DNA of 64,000 bases from Mobula hypostoma (lineage: Eukaryota). How positions within the stretch are numbered: position 1 is the stretch's first letter; every line of letters begins with the position of its first letter. Both the position numbers and the translations under genes were made by a program. Positions 63,398 through 64,000 of the stretch are shown here, piece by piece. The notes below the pieces were generated by a model. That model did no database searches. It was not told the DNA's origin and saw nothing but the letters and a program-made list of their open reading frames with translations. The stretch spans positions 230,828,001-230,892,000 of the forward strand of contig NC_086097.1 in the NCBI RefSeq assembly GCF_963921235.1, read 5' to 3'.

Positions 63398-64000
63398 GAA
63401 TGCAGTTATCATTTAATGTGTATGCCCAGTTGCCTTTGGAGAATAATCTCTGCCATATGTCTATAGAAAGTTGCCTTTGGAAAGATGACAATGCATCTTA
63501 CATTCAATGAGGTGAGTATATACTGTCAATAGGTTGCTGATGGTTAATAGGGAGACGAAAGTAGCTCTATGCACCTTGTGCTCTTGTCTTCACAACTATA
63601 GATTTACATTTAATCTCTAATTTGAAAATGTTGTGGTGCTAGATGATTGATAGATAACTACTGTAGAACTAATATACAAAGTTCACATAAATCATAATGT
63701 CCAAAAAGAACTTACTTAAAATCAATCAACTATTATTCTTATATCTTATAAATACATTTTATAGCCTAATTTTTTGATTTAGTCAGAGTTAAATATTTAT
63801 TATATAATAGTTGTCACTGTGAAATCAAGCTTATATTAACAACCTAAAGGCAGATATTTGCGCTTTTGTTAACATTGACATACTGAGAAACAATCTGCAT
63901 TTGTTACATCCAGCACTCAAGGTAAACAAGAGACCATTTCCATTAATCATTATCCTTAATATTCTCAAGAGCCAATCACAATAAATAATTGGGATCATTA

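Noticed and set aside
1..64000. CRISPR arrays, operons or prokaryotic defence systems
   Set aside because: The sequence is vertebrate with spliced exons, and no repeat-spacer array was seen.

Overview
Vertebrate genomic DNA. The repeat content (CR1, Rex/Babar, Penelope, HE1-like V-SINEs) points to a cartilaginous fish, probably a ray; this is inference. The only host coding sequence I can support is the last three exons of an L3MBTL-family gene (SAM domain, most like L3MBTL4) on the minus strand: 59175-59344, 45224-45286 and 31997-32131. A CpG-island promoter lies at about 1.6-2.1 kb. Most of the rest is nested transposable elements: CR1, Rex/Babar, RTE, Gypsy and solo LTRs, Penelope-like elements, tRNA SINEs, hAT, Tigger and mariner MITEs. 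The most interesting signal is a 566-bp non-coding retroposon at 29035-29600 with an 11-bp target-site duplication (TSD). Its 5' end folds by eye into a complete HDV-like ribozyme with an unusual hairpin inserted in L3, and the predicted cleavage site sits 3 nt from the element's 5' boundary. Penelope-derived short elements carrying minimal hammerhead ribozymes are also dispersed across the window. All folds and family calls are manual and were not computed; boundaries of old repeats are approximate.
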